This document shows positions 40,544 through 51,743 of a stretch of 64,000 bases of DNA, piece by piece (positions within the stretch are counted from its first letter, which is position 1; the number at the start of each line of letters is the position of its first letter). The DNA lies in the NCBI GenBank assembly GCA_963782915.1, contig CAWALK010000023.1, forward strand, positions 96,001-160,000, written 5' to 3'. Under the pieces are notes generated by a model. It did not search any database, was not told the DNA's origin, and saw only the letters and a program-made list of their open reading frames with translations. The position numbers and the translations under genes are program-made. The stretch is from an uncultured archaeon. GTDB taxonomy: Archaea; Thermoproteota; Bathyarchaeia; Bathyarchaeales; Bathycorpusculaceae.

Positions 40544-40631
40544 AGATGCTCACTGTACTACAATCGTATTACTTGAGGGTTTTATGTCTTGCCTAGTCTG
40601 ACACAAAAATTAGAGGCTGCCTAAGAAGGAG

Positions 40632-42442
40632 CTAAAATAACAAAAAGGGGAAAAAGTTTTGGTTGCTTCTAACGGAAGAGGGCAAATATTCCGTTGAAGC
40701 GTGCCCAACTGAACCATGTGAACCAGTGGTGGGAGTGGTAGTTGTGGGTTGGTGGTAGGGTTGGAATTGTGGTTGTTGGTGCTGGGGTTGGTGTTGTTGT
40801 TTGTGTGGGTGCTGGTGTTTGTGTTGGGTTGGTTGTTGGTTTGGGTGTTGTGGTTGGTGTGGGTGGGGTTGTTGGGTTGGTGGGGTTGGAGTTGCTGTGG
40901 GGGTTGGTGTTTTGGTGGGTGTTGGGGTTGGTGCTATGGTTGGAGTTGGTGTTTGTGTTGGTGTTGGTGTTGGTGTTACGAGTTGGTGTAGGCTGTTGGG
41001 GTTGGTGTGGGTGTTGCGGTGGTGAGGTGTAGGTGTTACTGTTGGTGTAGGTGTTACTACTGGAGTGCCTGCTGTTGCTTTGTAGGCGTCGATGTAGTAT
41101 TGCCCCATAGTGTTTGGTGAGTAACCGCTGCTAAGCATGGATTCTCCAACGTAGACTCCGCCTAAACCTGAGTCGCTAAGCCAATAGTATGGTCCAGCGC
41201 CAATGTTTAGATCACGTTGGCAACTACCAAGTTCTTCCACCATGTGTAGTCGTTTTGTTTGTTTGGTGAGCTTGCTAGACATGAGCCTTCTTCGTTAACC
41301 ACTAATGGAGCGGTAACGCCCATGCTGTTAATGCCTGTTTGTAGTTGAGTTTTGAGTCCTGCGTAGTCTTTTGCCCAGTATGAGCTGAAGTCGCTTGGTG
41401 CATAGTAGTAGAAGTGTGTAGTGTATACTAGGTTGGTTGGGTGGATTGCTTTGTCGATTTGGCCTGCGAATGCCAAGTTGTTTCCATAGCCGTTGGGGAA
41501 CCAGCCCATGTGCCATTGCATCATGATGAGGTTGTTTGAGCCTGTTTCACGGATTGCATTGTACATGGTTGTTAGGTAAGTCATGTAGCCTGCTGGGATT
41601 GCGTCGACGTCGCTGCCAACGTTTGGTTCGTTCCATGCTTCAAAGATTGCGTTTGGGCAATCCTTCAAGTTGGTTGCCATGTCGCTCCAGAACCAGCTCC
41701 AGAAGCCTTGCTCGTTGTTGCCGTATCCTGCGTCGCTTAGGAATCTTGTTGCTGCGTCATCCCAGCCGCTCATTGGCATTCCTTGCCAACCGAAGTTGCT
41801 GGTTGCGTATTGGTCTTTGTCAAAGCTGCTTGAGGATGGTGTTAGCATGTATGGTACTATGTCAACGTAGATTCCGTATTTGTCTGCTTCTTGGCATAGA
41901 GTTTTCAAGTAGCCTTTCACGCTGATTGGGGTTGTTGAGCCTGAATAGCTTGAGCTTTCCTGTGCTGGAACGATGTTGTCTCGGTAGTACCAGCTTGGGT
42001 AGACAAAGACGCGGATCATGTTAACGTGCCATTGTGACTGCATTGCAGCAAAGGTTTGATCCATCACTGTTGTGGGGTTATAGTTCCATTGGTTACCCCA
42101 ACTGTCGCTGCTTCCTTGACCCCAGAGCAGTAAGTCTGGAGCGAACCCAGCGATTCCCATACCACGGAGGTAAACGGTGTTGCCGTTTGCATCCAGAATA
42201 TAGGATCCTGAGGTGTGCAGCGAAGAAGTGGTGGCTGCCTCTGCTGATGGCGTTGCAAACACTGATAGCATGCTGATAATGAACAGTGCGCTTATGCATA
42301 TTACAAGGGGTTTAGAGAATTTTTTTATGCGTATTGAATGCAGAGTTTTTCCGAAGTATTTTGTATTCAAGTTTTTTCTCTCTTCCTGAATTTTAGTTTC
42401 CTTATCGGTAGGATCAATTTTATGGGTTTTTGAAAACTGCAA
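40632..42442 (-). CDS. Secreted glycoside hydrolase family 5 (cellulase-like) with Pro/Thr-rich tail; frameshifted
   Basis: LH.SG..I.DANG..V.LRG, NMIRV, FE.WNEP (acid/base), H.Y, V.EEG (nucleophile). Confidence 0.85.
40740..41060 (-). repeat. Low-complexity (Pro-Thr)n linker-coding repeat
   Basis: GGTGTT/GGGGTT arrays encoding TPTPT on the minus strand. Confidence 0.85.
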
Positions 42443-42624
42443 TGCGCTAGCTTGTCAAGTCGAGTGCTAGGTTTGCGAAGTCGAGTTAACAAGGGTTGAA
42501 AAGAGGGTAGATAACCAGCCGATTAAGCTATGAAATGTTCAATCAGCTTATTTCTAGCTCTATACACCCGAAATATCGCAAGTGTTATATGTATCATTTA
42601 ATAACGGAATTCAGGAGGGTTCAA

Positions 42625-43569
42625 ATGCAAAAAAAGGTTTTAGCCTTAAGTATCATCTTATTATTAACCACTATCTCTTTAACATCAATCTCGTTTGTTC
42701 AAGCAGCAAGTGACAGTCAATGGATAACAGATTATACTATTAATGATGCAAGTACTAATGAGCTTCTTGGTGGAGCATGATGCTTCCACAAACACAACTA
42801 CAACATTTTCACCGGTTACTTCCAGGAGCGGACATTAAAGTAACCTTTACGGTTGAAGTTGTAGCAGGAGAAGGCGACTTGACACTTACAACTGGCTTGG
42901 CAAAATCTTCAGGCCAAAGCCAGTACTGGTCACTTGTAACTGATGATTATCCCATGGGCGACAACTATAACCCCGCCCAGGCAATCAACAGAGTTCAACT
43001 GGAACGAAGGTACCTTCGAAATGATTCTCTACGGAAAGGTTCCATCCAGTGCAAGTACCACAAAATCCATTAACATAGTTAGCCTATATGGTCCATCAGG
43101 AACTGCGCTTGATAGAATAACAATTACCTCAACAAGCGCCAAAATGAATACTTACCTAACCCTTTTCGCCGATAAGAATGAACAGCTAAATGGCCTTATT
43201 TCCAGCGGCACAGATCAAGGATTTATCAACGTTTACACAAACGTTCTCAATGTATCCAAAGCAGTCGCTGAAGGCGGAGATGTTGACAGCGCAATCGCCC
43301 TACTCAACGGTTTAGATGCCTCCAACGCGCCAGGTTCAACATTGCCCATAATATTCTACCCGATAGTCGGAGTTACAGCTGCAATAGCCGTACTATTTGT
43401 GGTTCTCTTCATGAGAAGCCGCAGCAAAGTCAGCTACTTCACACTCGTCGTTGAAGACCAAATCAAAGATTTAGAAGGCTTAACAATGAGAGCAGCTAAA
43501 ATCGACCGTGCAATGTCAGCAAACTTGGATTCAGTAAAAGACCGCCTAAAACATTTAGTTGGGATGTGA
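42625..43569 (+). CDS. Single-pass surface protein with cytoplasmic helical tail (2 frameshifts)
   Basis: Signal peptide MQKKVLALS.., beta-rich domain, TM IFYPIVGVTAAIAVLFVVLF, tail EDQIKDLEGL..LDSVKDRL; stop overlaps next start. Confidence 0.75.
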
Positions 43570-46278
43570 TAACCTACGAGAATATACCAAAACAGTGTAC
43601 AACTGATTGGGCTAGGTTCAGCGGGTACAAACATCGTTGAATCCTTCCTCGTCAACAAAAAAACAAGGGAACTCATCGAAAACGACCTAACCCGTCTTTC
43701 TCTTTTAGCCATCGACATCGCTGACCCCGAAATCCGCAGCCTACAAGAAACCCATGATCAAATCTCCAAAGCCCTCATTAAAGCCGGCATTCCGCGGGAA
43801 AGATGGCGATTAATCGCTGAATCCGTAAAATTCCCAACAGCCGAAGCCATGTTTGATTTCATCAACCAAAAATACGGCGAATACGTAATCGGCGAAGGCT
43901 CAAAACTTGAAAATTATAGTCCATGGCTACAATCCACAATGGCGGTTCCTCCAATGGCTGGCGGCGCAGGACGCAGACGAGCCCTCGCAAAAGCAATCTA
44001 CGCCCTAAACTATTACCAACTCGGCATCATCAGAAACTGCATTAACTCCTTCAAAGAACAAGCCCTATCATCTATCGTTACACCAACAGTCGTGTTGGTT
44101 TATGGTATGGGTGGTGGTACTGGAAGCGGCATATTCTTTGATTTCGCCCGTCACATGCGAAAGGTACTTGGTTCAGGAGTACCCATGATTGCGTTTGTTA
44201 TCACACCATGTGGTGGAGATGACCCTCCAGCGAAAGGCTGCTCAGCATTCACAGCCATGAACGAACTCTCACTGCTACTCAACAAGGATTACAATGAGCA
44301 TGTCTGCAAAGTCTACGGCGACCTCTACCGTAACCCACTAAACGCACTCGTCTATTTGCCATTGCTTCCAGCATTCTCAAAAGTAGGCAACATCGTGTCT
44401 GCCAGAAAAGAAATGGATGACATGGTCGTGGACCTACTTTATACCTTGATGGATTTTGACTTAGCAGACCTCTTAGGCGGCATCGGCACAGAAGTTGGCT
44501 TAACCAACAATTCAGCGCATACATTGGGCATGATTAAAGTCATGTATCCAGTCGATGATTACCTAGCAGCGTACAAGCTAAGCTTTGAGGGCATGCAGCT
44601 ACTCCAGGAATCACGCAAAGAAAAACTCAACATCCTTGGTGAAATCAAAAACATCATCAAAGTAGACAGCGACGTCACACGTGAATTATTCAAGAATTAC
44701 CTAATCAAAACAGGAACATACAACGAAGACCAATTCGACGAAAAACTAAAAACAATCATAAACAGCAACCCACGCCTCGAAGACGACGTCGAATTACATG
44801 TCAAAGGCGTCGAAATCCAAGTGAAAAACTGGCTAGACGACATAATGAAGTTCCTGCAAACCATAAAACTAATGGGCAAAATCGGGCCAATCGAAGAATC
44901 CATCATCAACTTAACCCTCAAAAAAGATGACTCACGAAAACTAGACAACCTCGAAACCCTACTAACCACACTCACCAAAACACACCTCGAATTCTATGAG
45001 AACAAAGCAGTCATCCTCGAACGACTCAACCAACTAATCCCAAGCTCACAAATCTTCACATTACGCCAAAAGAAAATCCTCCAAGACATGGTAAACATCT
45101 CCGAACTAGCAGAACAAACCCTCAAACTACTCAAATTCTACGATGAAACACGATACATAACAGAAGCCCTAGTACGCTACTACGAAGTTCTCCCCGAATG
45201 CCAAGCTGAACTCCAAGAATTACATGACATCCAAGACGAACTCGGCACAGTCTACCTCTTAATCCAGTTAATGCTCCGAACACCACCAGACGAAGCAAAA
45301 ATGATCGATGAACACTTAACATACATCAGCGAAATCCTCGCTAAGCGAATGCAGAAACGCGGCAACTTCGACAACGAAGTCATGCGTGTCATGGAAGTCA
45401 AGAAACGTAAAGAATTCGACAAAACCAAGATGGAGCGTCAAGTACGCAAATTCTTAAGCTCCAAACGCTATGCACGCGAACAACTCCTTGGCCTCGACCG
45501 CGACTTGCGAAGAATCGCTGAGGAAGAAGCCATCGCAATGGAGAACCTCGACAAAGTCGATGCAACAATCAAACTCTACGAGAAACTTGCCAAACGCTTC
45601 GAATTAACATCTGATTACCGCAAACGCCTAAACAAAATCGTTGATGCCCACCACGAATACACCGCCAAAATCGCAGAGATAGTTGCGCCTAAACGTTACT
45701 TCGAGAGAAACGCTGACTTAACTGAGAAGGAACAGCTAAAAATCGTCTTCAAAATCTTAACCGAACAAGAAGACACCCTAACACGCGAAGTTATCTTCAA
45801 AGATGTCTTCGACATGGACCACTTCAAAGACTACATAAAAAGCGTTGTCCGCAGCTTCAAAACCCCAAGCGTCATGGGTTACAAGCCAACGTATAAAACC
45901 GATTACATCTGGGTAACCGTCACAACACCACCAAAAATGTGGACTGAGGATATGTCACAGGAAGTATACACTGCACTCGCAGGTTACGTTACAAGCGAAG
46001 TCTCCAGAACCATCACAGTGCGTGTTGTCGAATCAAGAGATGCATGGACAACCCGTGTACTCGTAGTCGGTGGACGTGGCAGACCCGAAGACATGGAAGC
46101 CTTCGACGAAATGCAGAATCTCTATAGCAAATCCAACGACTTCGAACGCTACCTCTCACGATCGTTCCTACTGGAACATGGCGTACACGCAACAAACATA
46201 ATCAAACAAGTCAACCAAGAAAATGGCTACGCACCAACAGCCACTAACGGCAACGGCAACAACAAGAAACAAGCTTAG
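43566..46278 (+). CDS. Large tubulin/FtsZ-superfamily GTPase (~900 aa) with long helical/coiled-coil insert
   Basis: In-frame upstream of the track ORF: VQLIGLGSAGTNIV (T1 loop), LAID; then GGAGRRR, YGMGGGTGSG (tubulin signature), ITP, DLADL; GTG start at 43566 needs one indel in CCAAAAC. Confidence 0.85.
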
Positions 46279-46320
46279 TTAGCAGAAGCTTTCTTTTTCT
46301 TCTGCCCCAAAATTTTTGTT

Positions 46321-47891
46321 TTATTCAACCTTTTGAGTTTTGGTTTTGCGTGTCCGCTTTGGTTTCTCGGTTTGGGCTGCTTGGGTTTCTTCTGGTTTAG
46401 GTTCTGCGTTTTTAGTTCTTGGAGTTCTTTTTGGCTTTGTAGGTTTCGGTGATTCGACTGGTACTTTGGGCTTCAATGATTGCAGGTTGCGCTTCTACGT
46501 TTGTTATTTCGACAGGCTTCTCTTGTTTAGGCGTTACTGCTTCAATAACTGGTGTTGGTTCTGGCACTGGGTGGGTGCTTCCTCGACTGGCTGTGGCATC
46601 TCCGCTGTTACCGTTTGCGGGGGTTCTGTCGGGGTGGGCTGAGCTGGTTCTGGTGTCTGTGGTTGCTCTGGAATAGGCAGTTCTTCGGGTTTTGCCTGAT
46701 CTGGAACAAGTAGCTCCTCTGGTTTCGCCGGCTCCGGGGTTGCTGGTGCCTCGATAACATCTGGTTCTTCCTCAACTTTAAACGGTAACTGCCAATCCTC
46801 AGTCATCAAACCCCTCTCAACCGCTGCACGTTTGAGCGACGCAACTTTCGTCTCCAACTCCTCAAACATCTTGGAGGTATCAAATCCGCCGATGAATAGC
46901 ACTGCGTCGATGCGGTCACTCATGTCTTCGGTGTAGATTGGTTCGGATATGTGGATGGATTGGGGGCTGGTTTTTTCTTTAAACCAATCTGTTATTGATA
47001 ACTCAATTTTTGCCCTCGGAATCTTATCTTTCAGGTTGGCTGGCATGCGTAGGAGTACATAGAGTAGTGTTGAGCTGGATAAGTCAAAGGTTGAAAGTGG
47101 TTTTAGCAGGGCAGTGTCGAGCATATTCTCTATTGAACCATACACGCGGTAACTGGCTGCTGTAACTGCTAATGGCACTGAAGAGTTTAACGTTAAAGGT
47201 GCGGGATAACTCGCTGATTTCCTGCACAAGCGACTCCTTAGCCAAAAACATGTTAAGCATGTAATTGACTACGCTGTTGCCCTTGATTTGAACGCCACTC
47301 TTGTCTACGCCCTCAAAAGTTTCAAGTTGATCTCTACCCAAAAGCACAACTGTGGAGCCTTCTGTTGCCATGCACATTTGCAGTGTGGCATAGGCGTTGA
47401 AGTGGGCGTCTGCTGGCTGAATTTTAGATGGCAAAACTGCTATGGAGAGTGAATCGATGCTTTGCCTATTAAATTTGCTTATTAGGCTTGGTAGGGCGGC
47501 GCTGCCAACTCCATCCCAGACGGAAGCGAAAACTATGGCTCCGCGAAGTCTCTCTGCTGAGCGCTTCTTTAAACTATCAATAACCGATTTGTCCCGTATG
47601 ATTGTTGGGAGTACATTGGTACCAGAAGTGAGTATCGATGTCTGCATCTTCAAAACCCAACACCAAATGCGGGTCATAACCCTTGGGTATCCACTTGTAG
47701 ATGTCATCGCTTGATTTTTCAATAAAAATCGGCAACGTACCATCTCTACTAACGGTTGGTTCTCTTAGCAGCGCCTTAATTGGGTATTCACCAATACAGA
47801 CGATAGCTTGTTTAGGAACCAGAGGTTTTAGCTCTTCGATGTGTTTTTCGATGCTAACTAGGATGTTAAAAGCGTTTTTGCTATCTTTCAT
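46321..47891 (-). CDS. Degenerate tubulin/CetZ-like protein with Pro/Glu- then Lys/Arg-rich tail (several frameshifts)
   Basis: IVCIGEY (T1-like), FASVWDGVGSAALP (T4-like), IAVLP, NAYATL, VVLLGRDQL, ALLKPLSTFDLSSS.LLYVLL, RAKIE...WF, AVLFIGG in tubulin-fold order. Confidence 0.65.
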
Positions 47892-47952
47892 CCGAGGTAC
47901 CTACATAAGCTTTAAGAGGCATTCACATGAAATAAGGTTTTAGGTTGATTGC

Positions 47953-50366
47953 TTGAAGAAGCCCTCCTTGAAACTTTCTGGATTAAGCAGTTGGAATAAA
48001 AATAGAAAACAGAAAAGCAAAGAGAAGGAAGAACGGGAACGCCAAACCGAAACACAGACGCTTCGAATGTTCACTTTCGTTGTTACGCTTATCGCTATGG
48101 CGTTAGGTATGTCTTATCTGCCGCTTTTCCCGCAACCACTGCCTATACTACTGGCTGTTTTGGTTGCTTTTGCCACATATCAGAAGCCACGATTCGGCAT
48201 GCCTGTGGGCGGAGCAATCCTCGGTTTAGGTTTAATGTTCCATTTGGCTCAGTTATACTTCATTTCATTCCTCGGCGACACACCAGTGCGTGTGGTATTC
48301 ATCGTTGTTTGGATGACGCTGTTTGTAGTTATGCCCTTAATGTTTAACCGCTACAAAAGCGCACTCGCGGTTGATTTTGGTATTTTGGCTTTTGTGATAC
48401 TCTTCTTTGCACCAGCCTATTTCATGGCTATTCCGCTGATTTTGGCTTCAGCGGTCTTCTTCAAAAAATACGTCGGCTTAACCGTCGTTTACTATGTGCT
48501 GCTTTCAGTGCCGCTTCAGCTTATGCAGTATTACCAGTACACGGTTATGGCGATTGAACGTTCTGATTGGTGGGTTGAAGTTGGTTCTGCTCCGCCAGTG
48601 TTTGTGTCGCTAAGTAACATTGCTGGCGACTTAACTTCTTCTATGAACCAGTTCCGGCTCTATGACACTTCTAAAGTAATCTATGATATTGCTGGTCAAA
48701 CCACTTGGGTTCCAGATTGGGCAGGACGCACAATCAAAGATGCCCTAACCCAATACGTTGACTCGATTCCTGGTATCCTCATGTTTGTAGTTATCGTTGC
48801 TGGGCTTGCGTTGGCACTTATCTTCTTTGGGCGAATGCTGGTCAAAGAAGGACTGGTTGGTAACGGCGACAGATTATTCCCCTGCTTCACAGCAACCATT
48901 GCCGCAGCATTATTCTTCATACTACTTGATGCATTGCAGACGCCATTGGCATTTACTGCAGAAGTGGGACCAGTAGCGATGGTGCTGGGCATCTTGGGAA
49001 CAGCGCTTTTGACGTTGCCCGTTATGTTTATGGATTACACTCCCAAGAACCGTGCGACAAACCAGCAAATCACCGAAAAAGCCCAATCACTCCTAAACAA
49101 AGTACTGGGCTTTGAAGATCAACTGGAAAATGTGAAAGCGAACATTCCGGTGATCGTGAGTTCGCCTGAAGGCAAAACGCTTGTTCTAAAAGACTCCATC
49201 CAAGATATCCTAAAAAGAGCTTCCCTCAAAGGAGTTTCAACAGCAAGAATTAGATGACAAATACAACGAACTCGACAAACTTGGCAAAGACAACGAAGCC
49301 TTAGAAGCCGAACTTAACACGATTCTCTCGGAATACCAGATTTTCTCAAGCTGCGAATTCGCTAATTGGGTTGGAAAACTCAAAGCAGCAGGCTTAGACG
49401 TTAAAACCACAGTGAAAGTTGAGTACCAAAAAGAGATGCCGCTTGAACAACGCATCGAAGCCATCAAACAAGTCATCGTTGCAGGACGGGAACTCGTCAA
49501 AGAAGTCTCCGCAATTGCTGAACCAATCTATGGCATCATTAGGCCACTGTATGATCCAGCACTGCCAGCAGAAGAGCTACGCCGTCGAGTTTGCCGCAGA
49601 AAAAATCGCAAAGAAGGAAGCGCCATGGATCGCCGCTGAAGCACTCTACAATGCCCTAAACAATTGGAAACGCCAATACGGCTTAGACATACAAGCAACC
49701 ATGAAATACCTGCAGAATTCGCTCAAACCCATTGCACGCTTAAGTAACCAAAGTGAGGTTTTGCCCGCTGTTTTTGGCGATAACACCTCTAAAGTGCTTG
49801 GTTATGCGAAGAATGCTGAGGGCATGCGCCTAATCGCTGAGAAGAGGGCAGAAAAAGACGAAGACAAAATTGACCTCCAAGACGTCGTCGCCTTGAAAGA
49901 AGACGTTGAAGGCTTCATAGCAATGTCAAACGATATCCTCTCAATGCTCTACAAGGGAATGGTCAGCGACGAAGAAACAATCGACCGATTACTACCCACA
50001 AAAGATTATCTCTGGGAAAAGAACGGTTCACTACGCGAACGCCTAGAGCAAGCAACAGAGATGCTCTCAAACCCATCGCAATACAAAATCAATGAAATCA
50101 TGGCGAATCTACCCAAATACCTCGGTTACATAGATGAATCAGTGCAGACATTGGCGCTTTATGCTGAACGCAAAGAATTCCTACTCAATTACCCCTTAGC
50201 GGAAGCAGCCATCAACGAGCAACTAAAAGCCAAAGAGAAACTGTTACCCTCCGATTTGCCATTCCAGCCACGATTTGCAGCTGAATACTTAAGGCTATAC
50301 TATGCAACACGCTATGGCGAGTACATGTATGATAAAGAGACTTTTGTGCTGACAAAGAGACCATAG
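47953..50366 (+). CDS. Polytopic membrane protein with large C-terminal cytoplasmic helical region (2 frameshifts)
   Basis: About 10 TM segments followed by ~450 aa charged helical sequence across ORFs 47953 and 49419 and the intervening frame. Confidence 0.7.
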
Positions 50367-50421
50367 TTGCAATTTTTCTTTACTCCATCCCTTATTTTAG
50401 TAGATCAAAAAACCGCCCTGT

Positions 50422-50600
50422 TCTGCTTGTGGTTTATTGCACAACCAACCTGAACCGCCAGCAAACACAGAAATTGAAATGCAGCTTCCTGCATGCCCGC
50501 TGAAAGATGATGAGTAAAGGGAAGCTTGCCATTATCGTCTAATAGAAAAAAGGCTGGTTGTTGTTGTGTATAGGCGGTTTTTGGCAACAACAACTATAGA
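50422..50600 (+). repeat. Dispersed repeat element ending in (GTT)n/(AAC)n hairpin, copy 3
   Basis: GGTTGTTGTTGTGTATAGGCGGTTTTTGGCAACAACAACTATAGA (50556-50600); upstream similarity to 36315-36455. Confidence 0.8.
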
Positions 50601-50879
50601 AAAACTAAACATCCAAACTTGTAATCTACTGATTTACAAGCTCAACAAGTGTAAGGATGCTCTTTTGGTGTGAGTGCATTTGTTTAATCCATTTTTTGTA
50701 TTTGGTGGGTTTAGGGAATTGTTCTTTTTCTAATGCGGTTGCCATGTAACTTAGGGCATTCAAGTTACTGCCTTTATTGATTCCACTCCAACCAAAACAG
50801 GGGAAAAGATACCAAAGCGATTTGCATTGAAGCTTATTACTTCCAATATTCTTTTGTTTACTTACTGGTTTTAGGCAGA

Positions 50880-51734
50880 ATGACTCAATCTACCGACTTA
50901 ACTAGGAATGATTTCTCATTTGTTATTCGGCGAAAACTTCAAGGTAGGGTATCGAGGTTATCGTCAAAATTTGGTTGGCGAAAGTTTGACCCAAACGATT
51001 TCAAAATTGAACACCAAGAAATCGTTATCCCTTCTTTATCCCCTGCATTTCACGGTTACAAAATCGTACATATCAGCGATATCCATTATGGACAATGGAT
51101 TTCTGTTGATCGGCTCAGAGGGGTTGTTGATCTCATCAACCAAATTGACCCTGACATTGTTGCAGTAACCGGCGATTTTGTTTCATACTTGCTGAATGAT
51201 AAAATGGAGGAAGAAATGGCAGAGCAGCTTAGCAAATTAAATCCAAAAGACGCCACCGTTGCAGTTTTAGGCAACCATGATCATTGGGCAGGTGCTGAAA
51301 GGGTTCGCGATATTTTGAGAAAGAGCAATATCTTGGACATTAGCAATAGTGTATTTGAGGCATCGAAGTCAAACTCCAAATTAATTATTGCTGGAGTTGA
51401 CAGCGTAATGCTCAAGAAAGATCGGTTGGATCTTGTTTTGGAAAAAATCCCTTCCAATGTTCCTGCAATATTGTTGGCGCATGAGCCAGATTTTGCCACC
51501 GAGAGTGCAGCTACCCAACGGTTCAGTCTACAGTTGTCAGGTCATTCTCATGGCGGTCAGTTTATCATACCGAAATTAGGAACACCCATCAGAGGAAATC
51601 AATTCATGAAATACCCACTAGGCATGTACAAGGTTGAAGGAATGACACTCTATACTAACCGCGGTTTAGGAACAAACAGCTATTGGCTGCGCATAAATTG
51701 TCCCCCCGAAATAACGGTAATTAGTTTATTGTGA
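50880..51734 (+). CDS. Calcineurin-like metallophosphoesterase (YkuE/YaeI-like)
   Basis: SDIH, TGD, GNHD, HEP, GHSHGGQ, RGLG. Confidence 0.92.
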   Translation: MTQSTDLTRNDFSFVIRRKLQGRVSRLSSKFGWRKFDPNDFKIEHQEIVIPSLSPAFHGYKIVHISDIHYGQWISVDRLRGVVDLINQIDPDIVAVTGDFVSYLLNDKMEEEMAEQLSKLNPKDATVAVLGNHDHWAGAERVRDILRKSNILDISNSVFEASKSNSKLIIAGVDSVMLKKDRLDLVLEKIPSNVPAILLAHEPDFATESAATQRFSLQLSGHSHGGQFIIPKLGTPIRGNQFMKYPLGMYKVEGMTLYTNRGLGTNSYWLRINCPPEITVISLL

Positions 51735-51743
51735 GGTATATTT

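Noticed and set aside
40740-41060. GT-rich repeats as a CRISPR array or telomere-like repeat; Val/Gly/Cys-rich plus-strand ORFs
   Set aside because: Explained by the Pro/Thr linker coded on the minus strand; no repeat-spacer structure
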